64,000 nt of DNA from Lama guanicoe (lineage: Eukaryota), in assembly GCA_013239625.1 (NCBI GenBank), contig MU053810.1, positions 3,690,071-3,754,070 on the forward strand, written 5' to 3'. Numbering within the stretch: position 1 is the stretch's first letter; every line of letters begins with the position of its first letter. The notes beneath the pieces were generated by a model that was not told the DNA's origin, made no database searches, and was given only the letters and a program-made list of their open reading frames with translations. The position numbers and the translations under genes were made by a program. Of the stretch, positions 38,900 through 49,766 are shown piece by piece.

Positions 38900-39560
38900 C
38901 CTCCATAAATATCTTAAATATTGGTATTCTCCAGAATTCTTCATCGACTCCTTTATTTAGTCTCCATAGTCTTGGCTACCACTCACGTTTATGTGCCAGT
39001 CTGCACCCCTCTCCTGGGTCCAGACTTGTGTATCCAGTTGCTTTTTGGACTTCTCTATCCTGTTACCCTCTAACAGCTCAAATTCGATATGTTCCCAACT
39101 AAACTCACCGTTCTCCCAACTCCCAAACCACCTCCTCGCCCGTTCCCTGTGCCGGTCGATTTACCCTCTTCCCATACAACTGCCCAAGCCTAGGAATCAG
39201 CTCCACGTCCTCCTGCCTTCTCCCCAGTGCCGAATGCGTCGTAGTCCTGTTGCCCTACGCCTTATTTACCCCCTAAATCGCTCTTTTTTTATTTCCACCT
39301 TATCTTCCCTAGCTAAGGCCTTTATCTTACATTTCAACCACACTGACCTCCTTATTGTAAGATCCTCCTGCCTCGGGAATAGCCCTCCTTAAACCCGCTC
39401 TGCATGCTACACCAACCCCCCTAGAATCACCTTTTTGAAATGAAAGTCTGATCATATTATTCTGCCTGAAATAGTGATTCCCTGTTATCGTCCAGATGAA
39501 GTCCAAACTCCAACTATGGCAGGTTGTGGAATAACCTTCAGTGTCTTGTATGCACGGCAA
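38900..39560 (+). mobile_element. L2 LINE fragment (similar L2 pieces near 8400-8760, 21570-21880, 24230-24730, 34600-35160, 47570-48120)
   Basis: ccagacttgtgtatccagttgc...ctcaaattcgatatgttcccaactaaactc...aagtctgatcatatt...aagtccaaactcc. Confidence 0.65.
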
Positions 39561-40224
39561 TGCCTAGTCTTCATTCTCTTCACCTTTTTGTTTCTGTGAG
39601 GCCTTCCCTGATCACCCCAGGTTAAATATTCTCTTCACGGCCAGTCCTTTGTGAATTTGATTCTCTCTCTTGTATATAACCTGAACTGTTAATGCTGATT
39701 TGTTTGTCTTTCTTACTGGGCACTGAGCTGCTGGAGACCTGAGGCCATGCCCTTTTTTTTTTTTTAATCTGTATATTCATGGAGCCTAAAATAATACCAG
39801 GCACATCAGGAACAGCAGAGGAATATTTATTGATTAAATAGTCACACGTTATTTCAAATATTGAATGCTGGTTGTTGAAAGGAATAGATGTTTGAGTCCC
39901 TTGCAGCATGCCCGGGGAAAACGTTATAAACAAGTGACGATAATTATCTCTTCCTCACACCATTTCCACTCTGCTCCTTGTCTCTGCATATTCTGGCATG
40001 TCACTCCCCACTTAAATGTGAACCTTACTGTGCTCCTAACATTTAGAGGATTGTTGACAAGGAGGAGATCACACTGACTTTGGATTCAAACAAAAGCGGT
40101 CTTTGGTTTTCATATCTGTAAACTGGAAATGATGGTCCCTACCTCACAGAGCTGCTGTAAGAGAGAGTGAGATGATGTATGTAAAGTTCCTAAACCACTG
40201 CCTAGCTTATTTAAGTGATCATTG

Positions 40225-40352
40225 TGTGTCCAGGCTCTTTCCTCATCTTAGCCCTTGGTCCACTGTGTGAGAGATCTGTCATAATCTCATTGTCCCATTG
40301 TTTATCTTTTGGTCAACCTTTCTCGTCTTGTGACTGCTAAAACTTTGGACCT
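40225..40352 (-). pseudogene. Collagen pseudo-exon
   Basis: RGPK..DEK G*P K DKQ WDN EIM TDL SHS GPR AKM RKE; codons at the Gly register are mostly one substitution from GGN. Confidence 0.65.
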
Positions 40353-40760
40353 CTGGACATAGAGTAAAATATTTTAACTCTACTCATCTGATAATGTCAT
40401 GGAGAATGTTTAACACTGACAAAAAGATCCTGAGCAATACTGACAAAGAATAATGAGACATCTGGAACCACAGAGTGGCTGAATTTTTGAAAGGGAGAGG
40501 AGAGAAGAGCTGGGAGACAAGTCAACCCCCTGCATGTGAGGTGCCCTAATACAGACAAGGAAAGTGAAAACGTGGGTTTCTGTTTTTCCGGATGAATATC
40601 ATTGCCATATACCATGTAAATTAAAATTTTTAAGCAAGAGGCTCTCGTTAGGTGACCATCCTATTTCTGCCTTTGAAATTTAATTTTAATTGCACTCTCT
40701 TTGATGGCACAACACTCATAGGAGAGGTGATCAATTTATTTCCTGTCTATGCAATCACCT

Positions 40761-40849
40761 TCTTCCATCCAAGTACTGACCAGGCCCGACCCTGCTTAGC
40801 TTCCAAGATCAGACGAGATTGGGCGCGTTCAGGGTGGTACGGCGTAGAC
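40761..40849 (-). pseudogene. 5S rRNA retropseudogene, 3'-truncated (first ~89 nt)
   Basis: Reverse complement GTCTACGCCGTACCACCCTGAACGCGCCCAATCTCGTCTGATCTTGGAAGCTAAGCAGGGTCGGGCCTGGTCAGTACTTGGATGGAAGA; TSD CA(A/G)TCACCTTCTT at 40752-40764 and 40852-40864. Confidence 0.93.
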
Positions 40850-41079
40850 TCCAGTCACCTTCTTGATACTTCCCCAGGCTTCACTGACACCAACATGTCT
40901 AATGCCCTCTAAAGCTTTTCCTTGTAAAGACCATTCTCTTTACAATAAATATGTACTACACCCATTCATGAAATGAAGTATAACTTTGTGTCTATACTCT
41001 ATTTTTGTATTCAGACTAGTCTTCATAAATATTTAAGTTGATTGCACATGAGTTTATTATACACGCTTGAAAGTTTAAT

Positions 41080-41195
41080 GTTTTCCTGTCTCCTTTTTCA
41101 CATCCTTCCAGTCTGTTCATCTTTGGAGACTTTTAGACTTTAACATTTCTGCTACTTAGATCATCTTGATCCCCATCACAATGACTTCCCCAAAC
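41080..41195 (-). pseudogene. Collagen pseudo-exon
   Basis: GEV ... GDQ DDL SSR NVK ... RLE G CEK GDR. Confidence 0.6.
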
Positions 41196-41221
41196 ATTTT
41201 TGCTTTTAAAATAATTTCCCT

Positions 41222-42261
41222 CAGAAAACTGGATAGCCACATGTCTAAGAATGCAACTAGGTGACTATCTTACACCACAAACAAAAATTAACTCAAAACT
41301 GTAAGACCTGAAGCCATAAAACTCCTAGAAGAAAACTTAGGTGATAAGCTATTGACTTTAGTCTTGGCGATACATTTTTGGACCTGACTCCAAGAGTACA
41401 GGCAACAAATCAAAAATAAACAACTGGGACTACATCAAACTAAAAAGCTTCTGCACAGCAAAGGAAACCATCAATGAAATGAAAAGATAACCTACTGAAT
41501 GGGAGAAAATATTTGCAGATCATATATACAAAAAAAAAGTTGGTATCTAAAATACAAAAATAATTCATAAAATTCATGAGAAAAAAAATCCAATCTGATT
41601 TAAAAAGGGGCAAAGGATCTGAAGTTTTTTTTTTCCAAAAAAGATATACAGATGGCCAACAGGCACGTGAAAAGATGCTAAACGTCACTAATCACAAGAG
41701 AAATGCAAATCGATACCACAGTGAGCTGTCACCTCACACCTGGTAGCATGGCCATCAGGAAGACAAGAGATGAGAAGTGTTGTCCAAGATGTAGAGAAAG
41801 GGAACCCTCATGCACTGTTGGCGGGAATGCAAACTGGTGCAGGCACCAAGAAAAACAGTATGGAGATTTCTCAAAAAAATTAAAAATTAAAATGGTCCAG
41901 CAATTCCATTTCTGATTATCAGAAAAGAATGAAAACACTAATTTGAAAAGAATTCTACACCCACATGCTCATTGCAGCATTACTTTAAATAGCCAAGATA
42001 TGGAAACAACCTAAATGTCCATCAATGGATGAATGGATAAAGAAGAAGTGGTACATGTAGACAATAGAATAGTACTCAGCAATAAAAAAGAATGAAATCT
42101 TGCCATTTGAGACAACATGGTTGGACCTTGAAGGAATTATGCTAAGCAAAATGTCAGAGAAAGATAAATAGCATACAATTTCACTTATATGTGAAATCTA
42201 AAAAACAAAGCAAATGAACAACAAATCTAACAAAAAGCATAAAGAGAGCAGAATGGTGGTT
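41222..42261 (+). mobile_element. Older LINE-1 (L1M/L1MA-like) ORF2 3' end and start of 3'UTR
   Basis: ENWIATC...IKLLEENLG...[14 protein letters not shown]; aaatgtccatcaatggatgaatggataaag. Confidence 0.9.
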
Positions 42262-45139
42262 GCATATATTTTCTTCTAGGAGGTTTATTGTATCTTGTCT
42301 TATTTTTAAGTCTTTGATCCATTTTGAGTTTATTTTTGTGTATGGTGTAAGGGAGTGTTCTAGCTTCACTGATTTACATGCTGCTGTCCAGTTTTCCCAG
42401 CACCATTTGCTGAAGAGACTGTCTTTATTCCATTGTATATTCTTGCCTCCTTTGTTGAAGATTAGTTGACCAAAAGTTTGTGGGTTCATTTCTGGGCTCT
42501 CTATTCTGTTCCATTGGTCCATATGTCTGTTTTTGTACCAATACCATGCTGTTTTGATTAGTATTGTCTGAAGTCTGGGAGAGTTATTCCTCCAGCCTCT
42601 TTCTTTTTCTTCAGTAATGCTTTGGCAATTCTAGGTCTTTTGTGGTTCCATATAAATTGTATTATGATTTGTTCTAGTTCTGTGAAATATGTCCTGGGTA
42701 ATTTGATAGGGATTGCATTAAGTCTGTAGATTGCCTTGGGCAGCATGACCATTTTAACAATATTGATTCTTCCAATCCAAGAGCATGGGATATCTTTCCA
42801 TTTTTTAAAGTCTGCTTTAATTTTCTTAATCAGTGTTTTATAGTTTTCCATGTATAAGTCTTTCACCTCCTTGGTTAGATTTATTTGTAGGTATTTTATT
42901 ACTTTGGGTGCTATTTTAAAGGGGATTGTTTCTTTACTTTCTTTTTCTGTTGATTCATCATTAATGTAAAGAAATGCAATTGATTTTTGAATGTTAATCT
43001 TGTAACTTGCAACCTTGCTGAATTCTTCAATTATTTCTAGTAGTTTTTGTGTGGACCTTTTAGGGTTTTCTATATATAGTATCATGTCATCTGCATACAG
43101 TGACACTTTGACCTCTTCTTTTCCAGTTTGGATCCCTTTTATTTCTCTCTTGCCTGATTGCTAGGGCTAGGACTTCCAAGACTATGTTGAATAGGAGTGG
43201 GGATAGTGGGCAGCCTTGTCTTGTCCCAGATTTTAGTGGGAAGCTTTTGAGTTTTTCACTATTGGGTACTATGCTGGCTGTAGGTTTGTCATATATAGCT
43301 TTTATCATGTTCAGATATGTCCCCTCTATACCCACTTTGGTGAGAGTTTTTATCATAAATGGGTGTTGAATTTAATCAAATGCTTTTTCTGCATCTATTG
43401 AGATGATCATGTGGTTTTTGTCCTTTCTCTTGTTAATGTGATGTATTACATTGATTGATTTGCATATGTTGAACCACCCTTGTGTCCCTGGGATGAACCC
43501 CACTTGATCATGACGCATAATCTTTTTTATGTGCTGTTGGATTCTATTTGCTAATATTTTGGTAAAGATTTTTGCATCTATGTTCGTCAGTGATATTGGT
43601 CTGTAATTGTCTTTTTTGGTGGTGTCTTTGCTTGGTTTTGGTATCACGGTGATGGTGGCTCCATAGAATGAGTTTGGGAGTGTTCCTTCCTTTTCAATCT
43701 TCTGGAAGAGTTTGAGAAAGACTGGTATGAGTTCTTCTTTGTATGTTTGGTAGAATTCCCCAGTGAAGCCCATCAGAAAACAGTATTTGAAACCTGTGTA
43801 TAATCAATAACAGGAGATTAAAATCAAGAGAAATAAAAACGAAATGAGGTAAGTTTTTTAAAATGATAAAAATAAAAATATTTTAAAAGAAAAATTTTAA
43901 AGGGATTAAAACTGTAGACATATACAGTTGTTTAAAAAGTAAAAATTAAAAAGGTAATAGAAAATAGAACAGATATAAAAAAGATTTATAAAAAAAGGGG
44001 GTGTGTTCGTCTGGAGACTGTGTGCTCTTAATGATTTTATGGAGAAGTCTTTCTGCCTTCGCCTTGTTTTGAAAACTCAGCTTGCTGTTTCCAGAGGCCC
44101 TCCATTGGCGCCCTTGTCAGTGCTGCTCCCAGTGCCAGATGGCAAGCAGACAGCACCCCCTCCCAATAGTGGGTCAGGTGCTGAGCTCTCACCCAGTGGG
44201 CAGGCGGGTCACTCCCCGAACCGATGGCACAGTCAGATGCTGCACTCGGGCGAGGCAGGTGGGCAGATCGCGCCCCCTCCCAGCACCGTGGTCAGGTGCT
44301 GCGTTCCTGCCAGGAAGGCGGGTGGCCGCCCTCCCTCTCCCGGCATCCGCTCCGCTGCTCTGTGCAGCTGCCCGCTCTGCCTCAGGATGGCGCTCTGTAG
44401 TCGGCTGGGGGAAGACCACAGAACAGCCCCGCCATGGCCCCGGCGCGGCGCACAGGAGGAGGTGGCGGCTGTGGCTGCGCCCCGCCTCTCTTCTCGCTGA
44501 GAAGCACCAGCAATGGCGGCGCAGGTCTGAGGAGACAAAGGCTACGGCGCCCCTCCCCCCAGGGCACACCAGCCATGTTGCTTTGCTTTTTTTTCCCCAT
44601 CATTTATGCAGGACCCAGGTGGTTCCGCTCCGTATCCCCTCCCAGCCACGGCACGCAGCCCCCTGCAGTCCCCGGGGCTCCCTCAGTGCAGCGGCCCCCG
44701 TCCTCCGCCCGGCTCGGGCCGCCTGTCCCGGCTGCCGGCTCGCATCTCAGGCTGGGTGTCGCAGGGACACTTTATGCCCGTTTAAATTAGTTCTGTTGGT
44801 CAAGGGCTGCTCCGTGCAGATCTGAGCCTCGGAGGCTCCCACTCTGTCCCGCTGGCCTCTCCGTTGGAGGGGGGAGACCCAGCGAACGAGGGCTAGTGCT
44901 TTGCCGCTCCCTCCCTGTGGGACTGGTCCCACACTGTTTTGCTTTTTCTTCTTTCTTTTTTCCCTTTCTCCTACCAGATTTGTGGCATTTTTGTCTTAGG
45001 AATAGGGCAATGTTTTGTTGGAGTTAAGCAGGTGCTCCGGTTGGCTAGTTGGGTCCGTGGTTGTGAGTTTTGGTGTGTTTGTGGGAGAGGGTGAGCGATG
45101 AGCATCCTTCTACTCCGCCATCTTGGCCCCTCCCCTCCA
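42262..45139 (-). mobile_element. Relatively young LINE-1: CpG-rich 5'UTR joined directly to the ORF2 RT region; lacks ORF1, EN and the 3' end
   Basis: GGGGCCAAGATGGCGG at the 45139 end; ORF2 peptides [46 protein letters not shown] at 42262-43773, with a nonsense codon and frameshifts. Confidence 0.95.
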
Positions 45140-45173
45140 CTTGGTGATTTTGATTGCTGTCCTTTACTCTAAG

Positions 45174-45374
45174 GAAAGGCAGAGGCAAAAAAGAGGAGGA
45201 AAAAGTGAAGGAGGAGGAAGAGGTTGCAGCAGCACCAAAACTGACTGGAGAAGGAAGCACTGATAAAGAGTGGTGCCCTCCCTCCGACCCTGACTTCTGT
45301 GTTTATGTGTGTGAAGTGACCAAATCCATCCTTCCCATCACCAATATCAGGGAACAGATTGAGCTTCTTGCCAA
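45174..45374 (+). CDS. ARMC3: ARMC3 coding exon (about exon 17)
   Basis: taag|G AAA GGC ... GCC AA|gtaagt; 201 nt; KGRGKKEEEKVKEEEEV...EWCPPSDPDFCVYVCEVTKSILPITNIREQIELLA. Confidence 0.93.
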
Positions 45375-46032
45375 GTAAGTCATTTATATATACATACACA
45401 TATACATTTTTTTATTTTCTGAAAAAATGTTTTTGATTTTAGCGGTTTGCATTTTTTAGCCAATTTTCAGACTACACCATAATAAAACTGAACTTTACAG
45501 CACCCTACCTCTGACTCTGAAGCATAAACACAGTGAACTGAAAAAACAAAAATCCTCCATTTCTAGTTTAGATCCTATTTCTGCCAAGAATCAGAGCTAG
45601 GAGTTGGAAATGGCATAAAGAAAAATGACTAAGTCATTTTCCCCAGCTAAACCTTGAAAAGCATCTTTCAGGGTGATCCTGAAGAAGTTATGAATGAAGG
45701 AATTCTATTGTGAATTATTTGTAAACTCACAAGTTATTTTCTCATACAAATCACCACCCCCTACTTTTATGTCATACGTCCGATACTTTGTGTCTCGTGT
45801 TGCTCTGAAGTGGGCTTGTGGGTATTCTAAGAGATGGCTCAGCACTTTGAAGAAGCCAGTGAGATCGCCTTCTAAGTTAGAGCATTTAATCTGATTCCGT
45901 TTAGAGGAGGCTGAGAACGTGACTTGATAGCTGTAAGAAAACTAGAAACAGAGGACTGCCTTCGTGCCTGACACCAGCCAGTCGTGAGCCCCTGGCTTGT
46001 GCAACAGCTGCAGTCTCCACAGGAGCTTGTAC

Positions 46033-46126
46033 CTACTCCAAATGGAAGTGTGTCACAGCCGTCAAACCTGGATGTGACAACTGCAGAAACACAGCCGCCA
46101 GGTCGCCGACGTCCCGGCAGCCGGAG
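46033..46126 (-). pseudogene. Collagen IV-like pseudo-exon carrying the 7S PGxDGC(N) motif
   Basis: cttccag|...CTG CCG GGA CGT...CAT CCA GGT TT- GAC GGC TGT GAC...|gtacaa; resembles the PGYDGCNG motif of COL4A chains. Confidence 0.6.
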
Positions 46127-47182
46127 CTGGAAGAGAGTTGTTTCTGGCTACGGAAGTTTTCCCAGTGTCCTTGAGAAGTGATGACTCAAGCAGAACTCTA
46201 ACTTAGCTCATTTCAACATTTGTCAAATTTCCTCATGCTCTGTTCCTATCCGAAATACTTTCTATCATTCCCAAATAATTAGGCTTTTAACCTGAGCCCC
46301 CACCAAGATAGATATTCAGAGACTTGTCCTCAAGCTTTTGGTTCCTAGTGGTCATTACAGCACACCTGGCTGGCTGGCACTGCAGCTTTCTACCCAACCC
46401 TTTCTCTTGGTTTTCACCATTGTTCTTCTTTGCTTGGTTCCACATACAGCAAGAGGAAATTCTTTCTTTAAAATGTGCAATTCTGCCTTTACTCCAAGAT
46501 GAAGTAGGCTGAGCTGACGGAGGATTTTTGCAGGTGTGTTCACTGACATCTTGAGGGAGAGCCTGATTTTAGGAGAAACCCACAGGCAAAGTATGCCCCA
46601 CACATCTCACCTCCTCACCTAACTGTTACTTCTTTTTTCTTTCTGCTTCTTCATCTCTCCTCTAACTTTAGTGTTATATAAATGCCATGTCTTTCTCTAA
46701 ATTAAAAAAAAGATAAAATTTAAAAGAAAAAGATGATGAAACTTGAAAATATTTGTGAACCTATTGGGAAAATTTCTTATGTGTTTGTCTTTGTTTCTGA
46801 GTTTAAATTCCTAAAAAGAAAGTTAGTATAATGCCTTGGATTTCAGATGGAAACATTTGAAAATACTTTCAAGAGTAAGAGAACATTTAATTGTGTTGAT
46901 ATAAATTTAGTGTGATGTGAATTTATATCTTGCTATAAATATTGGGAAAATTAGCATTCCTGTCTTTCTTCCTGCTGAATGATACTGTTAGAATTTCAGT
47001 TTACATTTGATAGTTTGAATAGATTAAGCATAATGTTAACAGCTACTTACAGTAAGTACATTTTAAAAAGTAAAGCAAACAGAAATTAGAGGGGAAATAT
47101 TTTTAACACATACAGTTACACTCAAAACATCCAAAGTGAGATACTAAACTTGACTGATTTGATCTCAATGTGATTGACACAG

Positions 47183-47345
47183 GTATGTGGCAGAAAAAAT
47201 GGGTGGTAAGATTCCAAAAGAGAAACTACAGGATTTCAGCTGGCAACTTCATATAAGTGAACTAAAATTCCAACTTAAATCCAATGTTGTACCGATTGGA
47301 CAGATCAAAAAAGGAATCTTCTGCCATCGAGCTTTGCTTTTCAAG
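47183..47345 (+). CDS. ARMC3: ARMC3 coding exon (about exon 18), EDR1/CTR1-like C-terminal domain
   Basis: acag|G TAT GTG ... TTC AAG|gtattc; 163 nt; YVAEKMGGKIPKEK...SNVVPIGQIKKGIFCHRALLFK. Confidence 0.95.
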
Positions 47346-48199
47346 GTATTCAAAATGTTTGGCCTCATTTCTGATTAGGTAAAAATGTTTCACCTTTATG
47401 ATTGTGGAGTGAGCCAGTTGCTAACATTCAGTTGGGTGATATTTCTCCTGCCATTTAGATGTACTTATATTTGACATGTATATGTATGTGTACAGCCACA
47501 CACCTACATACATATTCACTGGACTATTAGAAGCACATTCAGTTGACACTTATCACAATCTACTATAGGCCAGGGTCTCTTCCAGGGTCTGGAATACAGA
47601 GATACTAAAGTGACAGTTCCTGTAAGCAAGGGAAGCCTGAGCCACACCTGTGGGTCTCAAGTGACATCAGGGAAAGTTCCAGGGGAGAAAAGGATATGTG
47701 GCCTCAGTATTAGAGGCTAACTAGGATTTCAGTGGGTAAAGAAAGAAGACAAGAGTGTTCTAAACAATGTGAACATGTGATTCAAAATAATAGGTGTGAG
47801 AGTCAGTGGTCCATTGGAGGGATGTAGTTTGTCTGGATGCAGAAAAGAGGGGAAGGGTTGGGGGAGGCTACAGGGCCAGATGATAAAGCAGCATGTGAGT
47901 TTGCACTTGATACTAAATCTGTGAGCAGCCACTGAAAGTTAAGGGGAAAGTGGCAACATGATTTTGAAAGACCATTCAGGAAATGAATTAGAACAGGGGT
48001 GAGACTGGAGACAGATCAGCTGGAAGGTCACTGGAGCAAGAAGCAAAAGTGAGCGAGACTAAAGCCAGGGTGGAGGATGTCAACGATGGGATGAGTTTAC
48101 AGGGAGATATAGGAGATAAAACCAATCAGTAAATATTTTGGAATTGATAATTACATGTTTATTTTTGTGTCTCTACCGCCACTATGAGTGTAAAATGAT

Positions 48200-48968
48200 T
48201 CTAGGACTAATTTCAAAGGGGTGGGAGATGTTTTCCACACATGCAAGCAATTCTTCAACACCAGCCAGGTGTCCTGCAATTGAACTCAGTTCTGACACGC
48301 CCTGCCTGGAGAGAGTGTCAGATCCCACAGGTTAAGGGACCAGTCCTAAAAGACTGCCCCGCCCCACCCTCTGCCCACTTCGGATGCCAATCACAAGCCC
48401 AAGGTGCATCTGACTGACCAGGCTGTAGACTGGAGGTTCCAATGACCTCCTCCTGGGGTTCAATTAGTTTCCTAGAGGGGCTCACAGAACCCAGAGAAAC
48501 ATACTACTGAGGTCAGTGGTTTATTATAAAAGAGTATAACTCAGGAACAGCCAGGTAGGAGAGATGATCAGAGCAAGGTATGGGGAAAGGGCCCAGGGCT
48601 TCCATGCTTTCTGAGCACACTGTTCTCCCCAAACCTCCACCTGTTCATCAGCCCCAGAACCTCTCCAAATCCTTCCCTTTTGGGTTTTTATGGGCACTTC
48701 ATTGCATAACATGATTAAATCACTGGCCATTGGCTACTGATTCAACCTCCAGCCCTTCTCCCTTCCCCAGGGGTCTTGGGGAGTGGGTGTGAAAGTTCCA
48801 AAGTTGAGCCTCCTGGCAACAAGCCCCCTTCCTTACAAAAGTCACCCCATTCATATAACAAAGGACACCTTTATGGCTCTCATCACCTAGGAAATTCCAA
48901 GGGTCTTAGGAGCTCTGTGCCAGCAAGTGGACAAAGACCAAATATGTGTTTCTTACTGTATATCACAG
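48200..48968 (-). mobile_element. MER21-like LTR
   Basis: gtgtcctgcaattgaactcagttctgacac...cagatcccacaggttaaggg...ggaaattccaagggtcttaggagctctgtgcc. Confidence 0.7.
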
Positions 48969-49449
48969 AGTGCCACATAGCCAGATACAGTCATGTTATA
49001 GTTGCCTGTTGACCAGACTAGATAGAGTGTAAGGCCCTAGAAGTGACAACCGTGTCTTGGTCATCTTGGTCGAGCCAAGATGGTAGCAGTCATTACATCG
49101 TAAGCAATCAGTAATTACTTTAATATATAAACACAGAGATGACTGGAACAGCGCAAGAGTTGCCTTCTAGTACTGAGCACGTTCGTCGCGCACTTACTCT
49201 GTGCCAGCGTTCATAGCGTGCGTTCACTTCATCTTCACACCCAGCTGATGAGGAAGGTGGTTATCCCTTTGTTAGCCTCGTTTCACAGATAAAGACGTAG
49301 AAGCACAGAGAGGCTGAGTCATTTGAGGTGACAACTACTAGTCAGTGGCTGACCCTAAATTCAAACCCAGCCATCTCCGTTACCCACTATGGTGTGCCTA
49401 AGAAGCTCCCAGATTATTTTAAAGGTACATTCAAAATAACCTCAAAATC

Positions 49450-49625
49450 AGGACAAATTGAAGAGGCCATTTCCAAGGAACATAGCAAGCCCTGAGAACG
49501 GGGCAGCAGGCAGCCCTAGACGGGCCCACCGCCCACGACCCTGCCCCTTCCGCCCCGGGACACCCGTCTACACCACCCAGAACAAATGGGCTAGAAACAG
49601 GCCCCCAGCAATTCGACCCTTCCAT
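49450..49625 (-). pseudogene. Collagen pseudo-exon (Gly-X-Y)
   Basis: ORF-track peptide ...GVD GCP GAE GAG SWAV GPS RAA CCP VLR... Confidence 0.75.
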
Positions 49626-49689
49626 TCAGTCCCACTGCATATCACACCCCAAGAGCAGCCCAGAAGCACAGAAAGATTGATAGACACAC

Positions 49690-49766
49690 TAGTGCCGAAA
49701 GCCCGTGGAACAGCTTTTCTCCAATTACATGATCAATCTTGTGCTGATACAATGCAGCGTAACTGC
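49690..49766 (-). pseudogene. Collagen IV-like pseudo-exon: 7S N-terminal Cys region
   Basis: tttttcag|G CAG TTA CGC TGC ATT GTA TCA GCA CAA GAT TGA TCA TGT (+1) ATT GGA GAA AAG CTG TTC CAC GGG CTT TCG = C-x6-(C)-S-C-I-G-E-K-x-F-H-G-L-S. The phase matches an upstream GG|gtaagt donor at 49843. Confidence 0.6.

Noticed and set aside
40761..40849. Functional 5S rRNA gene
   Set aside because: It is a single copy, lacks the last ~30 nt and the terminator, has substitutions and is TSD-flanked.
42181..43773. Active reverse transcriptase or novel RT system
   Set aside because: This is ordinary L1 ORF2 with a nonsense codon at 43372, frameshifts, and no EN domain or 3' end.
44003..44825. 247-aa and 165-aa + strand ORFs as a novel or ORF0-like protein
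   Set aside because: They lie antisense in a GC-rich L1 5'UTR, start at non-ATG codons, have no recognisable domain, and such ORFs are expected where stops are rare.
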